A stretch of 64,000 nt of DNA from a virus: positions 1 through 64,000 of the IMG/VR virus record IMGVR_UViG_3300033064_003457. One strand, written 5' to 3'. Both the position numbers and the translations under genes were made by a program. Position 1 is the first letter of the stretch. Each line of letters starts with the position of its first letter. The notes beneath the pieces were generated by a model that did no database searches, was not told where the DNA came from, and worked only from the letters and a program-made list of their open reading frames with translations. This document shows positions 8,433-17,089 of this stretch, piece after piece.

Positions 8433-9635
8433 TTATGTTGTGGTAGTATAAGTTAATGTTATAGAATCAAACAAAGGGCTACTAGAGTCTCCTGTCTCCT
8501 GGGCTATCTCAATCATCACCCAGATACTATCTGTAGCATAGGTAGTTATCTCCAGCTGACTATCTACTGTTATCGGAGAGTTAGAAGACGTCCACACTGG
8601 TGTGTCTGAATCAAAATCATCTTGAGAGATGTATAAATATGCTTTATATTTTATGTTATCGTACCCAGGATCTGTTCTCAACGATGTTATTTTTGATAAC
8701 AATCCTGTCTCGTAGCTTGGTAATGTAAACTTAACACCTATCTTGCCACTTGGTTTATATTCAACCTTTTCTATCCCTATCTCCTGAGCCCCATAGACAA
8801 ATGTTTTATAATCTTCTTCTAGCTCATTGTTGCGTTGTCTAAGATAGAATCGCATTTTTGTTGGCTGAATATTGTTAAAAGAATACATCTTGCTTCTTAT
8901 GTTGTTTTCTCCATCGACAGGAAATGTTGGTAGTATGTTATCTTGAGAGGTTAGGGTATCATACTCAACATCAGTTACATCTATAGTCCCGTCGGGGTAT
9001 GGCTTAAAAAATACCTTGTTGACATATGGGTTACTCATAGATGGTAATGTTAATTCTAACTCACAGGATATTGAGTCCTTGACATGGTCTCTATTAAATC
9101 TTACCTTTCTTTCCCACACTGACTCATCTGTTCCATCAAAAGCATTAAGTACGCTAAGCTCTTCCACCTTAACGTTTCCATCTTCATCGCTAGGAGTAAC
9201 ATCTACAGATAGGTCTGGCATCCTATATATCTTTCCATCAGATATGCCTATCGTGTATACTTTTGAAAAACTATTACTAACAGGAAGGGTTACTATGCCA
9301 AACTGAGTGTCTACAACACATTTTTCCCCGTCAGGGAGATCCTCTGGATAGGTTGTATCCTTCGTTAGATAGAAGTCCTCATGGAACATCTTGTACCCCG
9401 ACGCAGCCCTATCATAAGCGGACACAAGACCGCTGACAGCATATAGCCTAGAGCTTATTGCTCCAGTATCATGCCTTATCCGTGACTCTATGTTATTTAA
9501 ATCTACAACTAGTGAAGATATATCGGCGAAAGCAGTATTTAAATCGTATAAAATCTGCTCAAAATTCGTGTTCATATCCGCCGAAGAAGTATTACCTCTC
9601 CATGTTGATTTAATCGGCGTAAATGTTGGCGGCAT
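8433..9635 (-). CDS. Virion structural protein, paralog of the 17.7-24.6 kb proteins
   Basis: N-terminal SSADMNTNFEQILYDL and C-terminal SPLFDSITLTY motifs are shared with the paralogs; SD AGGAGG. Confidence 0.6.
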   Translation of the reverse strand: MPPTFTPIKSTWRGNTSSADMNTNFEQILYDLNTAFADISSLVVDLNNIESRIRHDTGAISSRLYAVSGLVSAYDRAASGYKMFHEDFYLTKDTTYPEDLPDGEKCVVDTQFGIVTLPVSNSFSKVYTIGISDGKIYRMPDLSVDVTPSDEDGNVKVEELSVLNAFDGTDESVWERKVRFNRDHVKDSISCELELTLPSMSNPYVNKVFFKPYPDGTIDVTDVEYDTLTSQDNILPTFPVDGENNIRSKMYSFNNIQPTKMRFYLRQRNNELEEDYKTFVYGAQEIGIEKVEYKPSGKIGVKFTLPSYETGLLSKITSLRTDPGYDNIKYKAYLYISQDDFDSDTPVWTSSNSPITVDSQLEITTYATDSIWVMIEIAQETGDSSSPLFDSITLTYTTTT

Positions 9636-9646
9636 TCTTATCCCTC

Positions 9647-10564
9647 CTATTTATAAAGACACTTCCTGTTTTTATATATATGTTTTTGTGCATAATATGT
9701 TTTCCAGCACATCCCAGGGCAAGTGTTTTGTTTTTCACAATCGTTACATCCATACCAATCTAGTACCTGTTGGTATCCATAATCAAGATACTCTAAATCG
9801 TTACACAATCTATCCCATTCCTTATCTTCTATCCAAGATGGCTTCCTAGTAAATCCAGCACATGTAAAAACGCCCCTTGATGTTATCGCTTTTAAATGAT
9901 TAGATACACATCTTACTGCTGGAAAATCAGATTTTAATTTAATGTTTTTATAGGAGAAAGAAAATCCGTCCATCATAACCGGTTCTTCCCAATCTATAGC
10001 TGCATACTTACTTAATTTCTTTATGTACGGAACGTAGTCATCCTTGCTAGTCATCAATATTCCTATGCGAAGGATATTGTCAAGTCTTTCTAAATTTTCC
10101 CAGTATCTCTTTTCTTTTTCTCTAGTTTTTATTCTCTCGGTGCTAAATGGAACTAAAATATTTACATTAAATTTCTTGCTTAATATTTTAGCAAAATCTA
10201 CACCACTCTTGCTTATGTTCTCTAGTGACAGTGGAATATCGAAGCACCCCCTATCTCCTATAAATTTGTGTACTATTGAGAACAGATTTGTTAGCTTTCT
10301 TCTGTACACTGGGTCAACAACTAGCTGATCCATAAAAAGCTCACCACCAAATATTCTTACTATTATATGTGAACTATCATAGTCGTATTTTGACAATGTG
10401 CTAATTACATTATTGTAGAGCTTTCCCCAATCTCTGTCGCCAACTACACTCTTGTTAAGGAAACAAAACTTGCATCCGCCAGTGCATAGAGATGTTGGTA
10501 CTATACTTATTTCTCTCCATGGATGATTTCTTCGACGCTCCATTATGCTACATGTTTGTGTCAT
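9647..10564 (-). CDS. Radical SAM enzyme with a SPASM-like C-terminus (rSAM-D)
   Basis: CTGGCKFC (CxxxCxxC), FGGELF, C-terminal CNDCEKQNTCPGMC. Confidence 0.85.
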   Translation of the reverse strand: MTQTCSIMERRRNHPWREISIVPTSLCTGGCKFCFLNKSVVGDRDWGKLYNNVISTLSKYDYDSSHIIVRIFGGELFMDQLVVDPVYRRKLTNLFSIVHKFIGDRGCFDIPLSLENISKSGVDFAKILSKKFNVNILVPFSTERIKTREKEKRYWENLERLDNILRIGILMTSKDDYVPYIKKLSKYAAIDWEEPVMMDGFSFSYKNIKLKSDFPAVRCVSNHLKAITSRGVFTCAGFTRKPSWIEDKEWDRLCNDLEYLDYGYQQVLDWYGCNDCEKQNTCPGMCWKTYYAQKHIYKNRKCLYK

Positions 10565-11648
10565 TTAAAACTCCATAGTTGCTATGCACCCATTCAACAA
10601 ATCTTTTGGCACCTATACATTCATCGCTATCATCATACTCATCCTTGTATACCTCGGATAAGCATCTACCGGCATAATCACAGACAAGACAATCTGCTCG
10701 GTTATTAACTAGGCGTTGCTTGTACAGAAACGACTTTCTTTTATCTGAATTTACTATATCCTCAAAAGAAGACTTGTCGCTCAATCTTCCAAACTCTTGG
10801 AGGTACTCTTCCTTGTCACTATTATATCCCATATACAAAAATCTCATTCCTCCATCGATGAACACAACCTCGCCACCAAGAGCAGTTCCTATGTCATTTC
10901 GATGCGCTACATCATATATCATTCCACTTTTTTCTTTATGGCCACGCTTAATGATTTCCTCGTGTACTGCTATGGAAAAATCAGAGAACTCAGACATGTT
11001 AGTTGCGTATTTATTCCACAGATGCCGTTGTCCTTTGATTGGTATAAACTGCTTTAGGCTAAAGCCAGCCAGGCAACCAAGATTCTCTAGAACATCAACA
11101 TAATTTTGTGGACCCAACTCTAGCATTGTCTTGTTAACCACAGACATAACACAGACTCTTACTCCTGCCATGCGTAGTTCTTTAACATTCCTAAATAACT
11201 TTTTGTTGTATTCTTCTCCGCGCATTAATCCATCATAGCTGACAGCTGACAATTCTTCTCCATTACTCTTTTCTGACATATATTTTAATAGAGATATCCA
11301 ACCGTCATTCATTTTTTGCAATGACGTATATATATCAAAGACAGCGTTGCTATAGAATTCTTCTATGTTTGTTAGCATAGACCTTATGTACTCTGGAGAT
11401 AATGTTTGTGGCTCAGCTCCATACAGAGTGAACTTAATCCTGTTCCATTTTGACCTATAATCTTTCATTGATTCCAAAAGATTTCTAAGATCAGATATAG
11501 ACATGTCTGAAGACTTATCCTCCTTAGACATAGCCTTAAGATAACAAGATGGGCAATTATTAAAGCATCTGTATGTTATCCATAGGTGGGGATTAAAGTA
11601 TCCTGTTTCTATGCTTAGTATCGGTTGAGACGTAGCCATGTCTATCAC
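10548..11648 (-). CDS. Radical SAM enzyme with a partial SPASM-like C-terminus (rSAM-C)
   Basis: CFNNCPSC, variant YGAEP motif, C-terminal CLVCDYAGRC...EC. Confidence 0.85.
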   Translation of the reverse strand: MIDMATSQPILSIETGYFNPHLWITYRCFNNCPSCYLKAMSKEDKSSDMSISDLRNLLESMKDYRSKWNRIKFTLYGAEPQTLSPEYIRSMLTNIEEFYSNAVFDIYTSLQKMNDGWISLLKYMSEKSNGEELSAVSYDGLMRGEEYNKKLFRNVKELRMAGVRVCVMSVVNKTMLELGPQNYVDVLENLGCLAGFSLKQFIPIKGQRHLWNKYATNMSEFSDFSIAVHEEIIKRGHKEKSGMIYDVAHRNDIGTALGGEVVFIDGGMRFLYMGYNSDKEEYLQEFGRLSDKSSFEDIVNSDKRKSFLYKQRLVNNRADCLVCDYAGRCLSEVYKDEYDDSDECIGAKRFVEWVHSNYGVLNDTNM

Positions 11649-12739
11649 GAGCAGTACCCCTCGTCTCGTATATAGTTTTTTATGTAATTAGAAAAACTAT
11701 CGTTATGTTGAATGTGGTGAGATATAACAGAAAAAAAACTTTTACTCTCATAGCATTCCTTACTCTGACAGCACCCGCCATTGCAAGCTGGGAAGAATTC
11801 ACACTCCATGCATTCCTTTCTTTGGAATCTTTCTCTTATGGCCATGTCTCTTCTTTTGGTAGAATTAGCAAAATCACTGAAGTTATCATCAAGTGTGCAT
11901 ATTGGATTATCTTTACTAGTATTGGGGCAGGTGCCAACAGTCCCATCAGAGTTTATTGTCATAACAGTCAACATACAATCGCGACCAGAACAACCGATAT
12001 ATCTCCCATCAAAAAAAGATTTTGCTTTACGTACAATCTCATTCTTAGGAAACTTTGTATACAAATTACTTTCTATCAAGTAGTTAGCAAATTCTGCTTT
12101 CCATTCACCGTAGCGCTTGGTGTCTATTGCTATTTTATTCCAGTTTTTATCGGCCAGTCCATTCCTTGTTACCGGTTCAAAATGAAAACCATATATATTA
12201 TTATCGACAAGAAAATGTATTAAATCTTTAGGCTCATTCTCTCTGATATAATCGTTCGATAATGTTATAACTAAATACACATCTAACCCATCTTTCTTAC
12301 ATTTTTTTATATTTTCTAACCAGACCTTTTCATGGCGCTTGTCTTTGTTAACAAATCTAATTCCAGGAGAGTATGATGTTCCAACTTGACCATTTAATCT
12401 TTTCTTTATAAAATTAACCAATGGAGTATTGTACATCAATAGATTAGTCTGTATAGAAAAATCCATGTCCAAGAACGGTAGCGATGATTTTATAGTCTTA
12501 TATATGTTTTCTAGTTTTTTTACTCCTAGCAATGTTGGCTCTCCGCCATGGAACACAACATCTATAAACATACCCTGCCTATTCTTATCTATGTATTGTC
12601 CCATGGATGCCAAGAATGGACTTAATCTTTCTTCTTCCAATACAGAGCTTGTGTCCCCCGATGCATTATAACAATGCAAACACTTAAGATTGCACTGCTC
12701 AGTTGGTTTTATGTATAGTGTCATCCTATTTTTTAACAT
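11645..12739 (-). CDS. Radical SAM/SPASM enzyme, peptide/protein maturase-like (rSAM-B)
   Basis: KPTEQCNLKCLHCY, FHGGEPTL, SIQTNL, and SPASM CSGRDC...DGTVGTC...CMECEFFPACNGGC. Confidence 0.92.
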   Translation of the reverse strand: MLKNRMTLYIKPTEQCNLKCLHCYNASGDTSSVLEEERLSPFLASMGQYIDKNRQGMFIDVVFHGGEPTLLGVKKLENIYKTIKSSLPFLDMDFSIQTNLLMYNTPLVNFIKKRLNGQVGTSYSPGIRFVNKDKRHEKVWLENIKKCKKDGLDVYLVITLSNDYIRENEPKDLIHFLVDNNIYGFHFEPVTRNGLADKNWNKIAIDTKRYGEWKAEFANYLIESNLYTKFPKNEIVRKAKSFFDGRYIGCSGRDCMLTVMTINSDGTVGTCPNTSKDNPICTLDDNFSDFANSTKRRDMAIRERFQRKECMECEFFPACNGGCCQSKECYESKSFFSVISHHIQHNDSFSNYIKNYIRDEGYCS

Positions 12740-13643
12740 ATGATATCCCCTTTAATTTTGAAAAGAACCGCTTTGCAGATTCACAATAATTTGTATCATC
12801 ATAGGATTCAACCATCCAGTTACGTATTGTACATCCCCTACACAGATTAAAGTGATCGCATATAAAACACTTCTTTGGTATATCATATTTTAAGTCTTTT
12901 CTCTCTTTTCTCATGTCACCCATTACTGGACATGGGTACGAAGAAAAGTCTGTCTCTATATTAACCATTACATCATCATTGATACATGTTTTTATGTATG
13001 GGCAGATATCGTTTCCACCTTTTAGTGAGTTAAGTATATTTGTAAACGGCTGTATTTCATGGAACCCACTCTCTATCCATGCATCTATCAATCTAGTATA
13101 TATATCAAACACATCTGAAACTTTCAATATTCTTTCTTTGTGCCTGGCGGCTAGGCCAGATGGAACAATATAGTTTATCTTTAGTGGAAAATCCTTTGCT
13201 ATAGAGCTACTTACCCATTCTTCTGCTTTAAGCAAAGATACGTTCTTGTTGGTATCTAATACTATTAGGACAGGCGGTGAGTACCCAACCACTTCCCTAA
13301 CCATCTCGTATGCAGTAAAAAAATCAGCCACGATATCAAACTTGTCACCACTGACTGACAGTCCCTGGAAATTTTTATGTGTTAGCACGCAATCCCACGA
13401 AGAGTCATATAGCATGATGTTTGACTGCAAAGAAAACTTAAGCCCCTTATCCAGTAGTTCTGAGTAATATTCAGGAGGTAGCATCATTGGCTCTCCCCCA
13501 ATAAGAAGAACATTTTCTGACTTATATGTATCGTACAGTCTTACTATATCTCTCTGCTCTATGTATCCGTCTCCACTAGTAGAACAAAACCAACATTTAT
13601 TATTACAATTTAATACATTTTTAATAACTAAAAATTTATTCAC
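12726..13643 (-). CDS. Radical SAM/SPASM enzyme (rSAM-A)
   Basis: CNNKCWFC, GGEPMM, LQSN, and SPASM CPYIKTC...YPC...CFICDHFNLCRGC...YC. Confidence 0.9.
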   Translation of the reverse strand: MNKFLVIKNVLNCNNKCWFCSTSGDGYIEQRDIVRLYDTYKSENVLLIGGEPMMLPPEYYSELLDKGLKFSLQSNIMLYDSSWDCVLTHKNFQGLSVSGDKFDIVADFFTAYEMVREVVGYSPPVLIVLDTNKNVSLLKAEEWVSSSIAKDFPLKINYIVPSGLAARHKERILKVSDVFDIYTRLIDAWIESGFHEIQPFTNILNSLKGGNDICPYIKTCINDDVMVNIETDFSSYPCPVMGDMRKERKDLKYDIPKKCFICDHFNLCRGCTIRNWMVESYDDTNYCESAKRFFSKLKGISYVKK

Positions 13644-14598
13644 TTCTTACCTCTATAGGGAAAAGATCCCGCTTGCTTTTGCAGTTGCTTGTTATTACAT
13701 AATTGCCATCCTTTAATACGCTTAATATATCGCTATCCGACATCCCATCGATACTGTCAATGTGCACTGGCTGTTTTTCATTGTTATTAATGTATCTTTC
13801 TGTAAGTAATGAATAGTCTACTGTAGGAGCCAAAGCATTTATTACCATACCCTTAAATATTGATATAGCATAGTCAAATTTCTTGTCTGTAGGATATGCT
13901 CTATATGGATTGTACTTCATGTCTCTCATCACAAAAGCTAACGGAACATACAGCCCTGATTTAATTCTATATTGGCAATCTTCTATCTTGCTATTATTGT
14001 TGCCAGAATGATAGTCGTATGCCACATCAAAAAGATACTTACAGTGGTGCTTAAAATCATCCACGAATTGCCTATTGGTATCTATCATGTGCAGTAGCAT
14101 CCACTTGGACCATTCGTTGATAAATTCAAAAGTATACTTATCTTTTATGTAAGTATAATATATGAATTTGTTTAGCACAGTACTTACTATTTCATCCCAC
14201 TTATCAAATATGTCTATATCATAAAAATGTCTCATGTACAAAGCATATAGTGATACTAGAACTATTATTTTTGCCGGATAAACTATCTTCTTCATATCTG
14301 TATCTATGTAACTTACAAGCAATTCTTCCATTTGACTGTCTGTGACATTCTTTATTAATATATTAATATTAATATTATTTGACAGATTTATAATATGTCT
14401 TCCTGACAGGTCAAGGCTTTCGAACTCAGCAAACGTTGTATTTAGTGCATTGCTGTTAGTCATCTCTAGCTCCAAGAGCTTCTCAAATATCTTATAGTCT
14501 ATTGGATAATCTAGCTTTATTATGTAATCTGTGGCGTCGTTGTAGTGATTCATTAAATACGATATCTTGTCTATATATTTTACCTTACTTTTTACCAT
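13636..14598 (-). CDS. Hypothetical protein (320 aa) in the rSAM cassette
   Basis: Overlaps both neighbours; no motif recognised. Confidence 0.7.
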   Translation of the reverse strand: MVKSKVKYIDKISYLMNHYNDATDYIIKLDYPIDYKIFEKLLELEMTNSNALNTTFAEFESLDLSGRHIINLSNNININILIKNVTDSQMEELLVSYIDTDMKKIVYPAKIIVLVSLYALYMRHFYDIDIFDKWDEIVSTVLNKFIYYTYIKDKYTFEFINEWSKWMLLHMIDTNRQFVDDFKHHCKYLFDVAYDYHSGNNNSKIEDCQYRIKSGLYVPLAFVMRDMKYNPYRAYPTDKKFDYAISIFKGMVINALAPTVDYSLLTERYINNNEKQPVHIDSIDGMSDSDILSVLKDGNYVITSNCKSKRDLFPIEVRSE

Positions 14599-14854
14599 TT
14601 ATAACTATACCCCCATCAACCATATCAAACCCTAAGCTATCAATTTTTCTAGACAAACTGTCAGGTATCTCTGAGTTTATTTGTATCTTAATACTATTAG
14701 CTATACACTCAACATCAAAACTAATATTATCGCTCTTTAGCAATTGTACTAGAAATGTTATCTTTACTATCTGGCTATTAGTAAAGCTATCATAGCTGTT
14801 ATCAATACAATCAAAAAGCTTATTTTCTAATTCATAAATTTTCAATGACATCAA
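14585..14854 (-). CDS. Hypothetical protein (89 aa) in the rSAM cassette
   Basis: Overlaps both neighbours; SD-like GGGAGA upstream. Confidence 0.6.
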   Translation of the reverse strand: MMSLKIYELENKLFDCIDNSYDSFTNSQIVKITFLVQLLKSDNISFDVECIANSIKIQINSEIPDSLSRKIDSLGFDMVDGGIVINGKK

Positions 14855-15281
14855 TTATCTCCCGTTGATAGTAAAATAATTCAACAGTCTCATCTGTTGA
14901 CTTTCTTTCTTTCCTTATAACGTCACCACACTCTATTACGTTTTCACCATATTTTTTAATCTCAGATTTATAGTCTTCAAGATTAGATACTATGGTAATA
15001 TTGTAATCCCTAATACTTATCGGCTTAAGCCTTACAAGACTCCTTAGGGTATATTCATCGCCGTCTTTGCTATGGATAAAAGGCATTGAGTAAAATAGAG
15101 ATTCTACTAAAACAAGAAGTAGTCTGGCCCTTGACCCACTGTTTAGATACTGGTGGGTAATGACCTCTTTTAACTTAGGTATAAATTCATCATCTACGTA
15201 TGCTGCGTTAGCAGGACAATACTCAGTCCAGGTGTCTATTGTTGGTATCTTATTGTTAGGCCAAAGTAAAATTAGTCTCAT
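14832..15281 (-). CDS. Hypothetical protein (about 149 aa) in the rSAM cassette
   Basis: Start reassigned to the ATG at 15281 (MRLILLW), giving an ATGA overlap with the upstream stop and a GAGG SD. Confidence 0.65.
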   Translation of the reverse strand: MRLILLWPNNKIPTIDTWTEYCPANAAYVDDEFIPKLKEVITHQYLNSGSRARLLLVLVESLFYSMPFIHSKDGDEYTLRSLVRLKPISIRDYNITIVSNLEDYKSEIKKYGENVIECGDVIRKERKSTDETVELFYYQREIIDVIENL

Positions 15282-16201
15282 CGTATGGGCCTCGCTTCTT
15301 CTGGTGCTTTTCCTAAAGGATAATAGCTTAAAACAAATAACTGCATTTCGTCTACAGGTATATGTGGTCTTGATGGTACGAACACAAGAAAGTTCCCATC
15401 TATCCCTCTGCTTATCCATCTAGAGAAAACATCCTTTTTTAATCTAACTAATATGCTGTCAGTTTTTTCTGTATAGAATAATCCAGTTAAACTGTCCAAG
15501 ACCTGTAATATGGCTCTTGGTTTATAATATTTTTTGAAATTATTTTTAATCTTAACGTAATAATCTCTGCCCATTGGTCTATAGTAAACAGATCCTTCCT
15601 TGATCACGAATGAACATATCATGGAATTAAAGTTTACACACATATTTAGTCCATGGTCATTATGCATTTTTATCAGTTCTTTTTCTCCATCCTTATCGTG
15701 AGCTAGTACTACATGAAGAGCCGTCCTATTTATCTTAAGCTGGTCTATTGGTATTTCTGTCCTCATATATGTATGGTCTACTGGTGCGGCATATTTATCT
15801 GCCTTTTGTGCGTAGTGAAAAAATCCATGCTGGAGTATCTGCATCGGTAAATTGCAATAAAATAATGACAAATTTTCCTTTGTAAACGTAGATAACTTAA
15901 ATGGCTCTTCCCACGAAGATAAACTTGGACCGCTTATTCCATCATCCCTAACCTCTAGTAGCCTATCCCATCCATCTTTATACCATTGCCAACAAACCTG
16001 GAACCAGTTGGCGAACATATCAAAGTACTCGAAATTTCTTGGTGTAAAGTCTAGATTAAAGTACTCTACAGCATCATCGTTTTTATCAACGTCAAAGTGA
16101 GACCATACTCCTTCATCTATTTTTTTCATGGGGACTCTATCTTTGTCACCACCGAACAATTGTGTATAGTAATCTGCTAGTTTTGTAAATTTTTCACTCA
16201 T
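15278..16201 (-). CDS. Hypothetical protein (about 307 aa) in the rSAM cassette
   Basis: Likely start is the ATG at 16201 (MSEKF), just after the previous stop; aromatic-rich, no motif recognised. Confidence 0.7.
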   Translation of the reverse strand: MSEKFTKLADYYTQLFGGDKDRVPMKKIDEGVWSHFDVDKNDDAVEYFNLDFTPRNFEYFDMFANWFQVCWQWYKDGWDRLLEVRDDGISGPSLSSWEEPFKLSTFTKENLSLFYCNLPMQILQHGFFHYAQKADKYAAPVDHTYMRTEIPIDQLKINRTALHVVLAHDKDGEKELIKMHNDHGLNMCVNFNSMICSFVIKEGSVYYRPMGRDYYVKIKNNFKKYYKPRAILQVLDSLTGLFYTEKTDSILVRLKKDVFSRWISRGIDGNFLVFVPSRPHIPVDEMQLFVLSYYPLGKAPEEARPIR

Positions 16202-16203
16202 TG

Positions 16204-16764
16204 TTATCTTTTGCCTCTCTTGCAACTAGAGTAACAGCTAGAATGACAGCTGGAATGACACTCGCTTATTACTATATATTCAGTCCCTGCACTTGGAAAA
16301 AGAGTAGTGTTGTGTATGGCACATCCATCAACTATTATTTCTAATATATCCCTAGATGGACTTAATACTATATTTTGTATCTTGCCACCTGCTACTGGTG
16401 CTGTTATGTACGCTGGAATGGCAGTGGTAAAGCTTCCATCCCTTCTGCCTTCAACATCACTAGAGACTGCTGTCCTTCCATAATTCCATTCTCCGCTGGA
16501 GAGTCTCCTTCTACAGCTATCATATTTTCTCATGAAATTATATTTTGTTACAATACCATCGCTATCAGAGAAGTGAGCTGCACGTATTGCTATGCCAGAA
16601 GTTACTGTTCTGCTAACAGTAGTTTGTGTCGACTGTAATAGAACAGACGGAGTTATAGTGCCAGTAGTAGAAGATATGTTAACATTATTACAGCTAGTAA
16701 TAAGGTTATTTAATGTTCCTCTCGCAGAATTCCAATCTGTCGCTGATACTTTTCTTACAGACAT
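16204..16764 (-). CDS. Candidate rSAM substrate: S/T-rich protein with C-terminal CHSSCHSSCYSSCKRGKR
   Basis: Strong SD GGAGG; first gene of the cassette; imperfect 12-nt tandem repeat encoding C-(H/Y)-S-S three times plus a basic tail. Confidence 0.7.
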   Translation of the reverse strand: MSVRKVSATDWNSARGTLNNLITSCNNVNISSTTGTITPSVLLQSTQTTVSRTVTSGIAIRAAHFSDSDGIVTKYNFMRKYDSCRRRLSSGEWNYGRTAVSSDVEGRRDGSFTTAIPAYITAPVAGGKIQNIVLSPSRDILEIIVDGCAIHNTTLFPSAGTEYIVISECHSSCHSSCYSSCKRGKR

Positions 16765-16779
16765 ATATTTCCTCCGTTA

Positions 16780-17079
16780 TTAGTATACAGGACCCTGTTC
16801 AGCCTCTATATATATTCTTTTCTCAAATCTTTTTTCATAATCGTATAATTGGTTACGTAGATCAAACATGCTATCGCTATACCCTGACGGCATTATGTAC
16901 CCAGAAGACAGCACTTCAAGGCTATCTCCGGTGGACGTTAGCTTATCATATGATGTCCGTAGATCAACCAATATTTCTGACAGCGTTGAGGCTATTTTGC
17001 TAGACTCTGTTTTGCCATAGTAGGCATGGTTTCTCTTTGTCGTTGTCACTATGCTATCAAAGTTATCTATAAAAGACAT
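16780..17079 (-). CDS. Small virion-associated protein (99 aa)
   Basis: YGKTESSKIASTLSEILVDL resembles the N-terminal motif of the paralog family; SD GAGG. Confidence 0.55.
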   Translation of the reverse strand: MSFIDNFDSIVTTTKRNHAYYGKTESSKIASTLSEILVDLRTSYDKLTSTGDSLEVLSSGYIMPSGYSDSMFDLRNQLYDYEKRFEKRIYIEAEQGPVY

Positions 17080-17089
17080 TCTTAACCTC

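Noticed and set aside
9647-13643. rSAMs as DNA-modification (7-deazaguanine/QueE) or ribonucleotide reductase activase genes
   Set aside because: They have SPASM-like Cys tails, and no queC/queD/folE/dpdA or nrdD neighbours are visible.
16204-16764. Assignment to the classical His-Xaa-Ser (HxsA) system
   Set aside because: The motif has period four with Cys (CHSS), not contiguous HxS triplets, and there are four rSAMs; related chemistry is possible but identity is unsupported.
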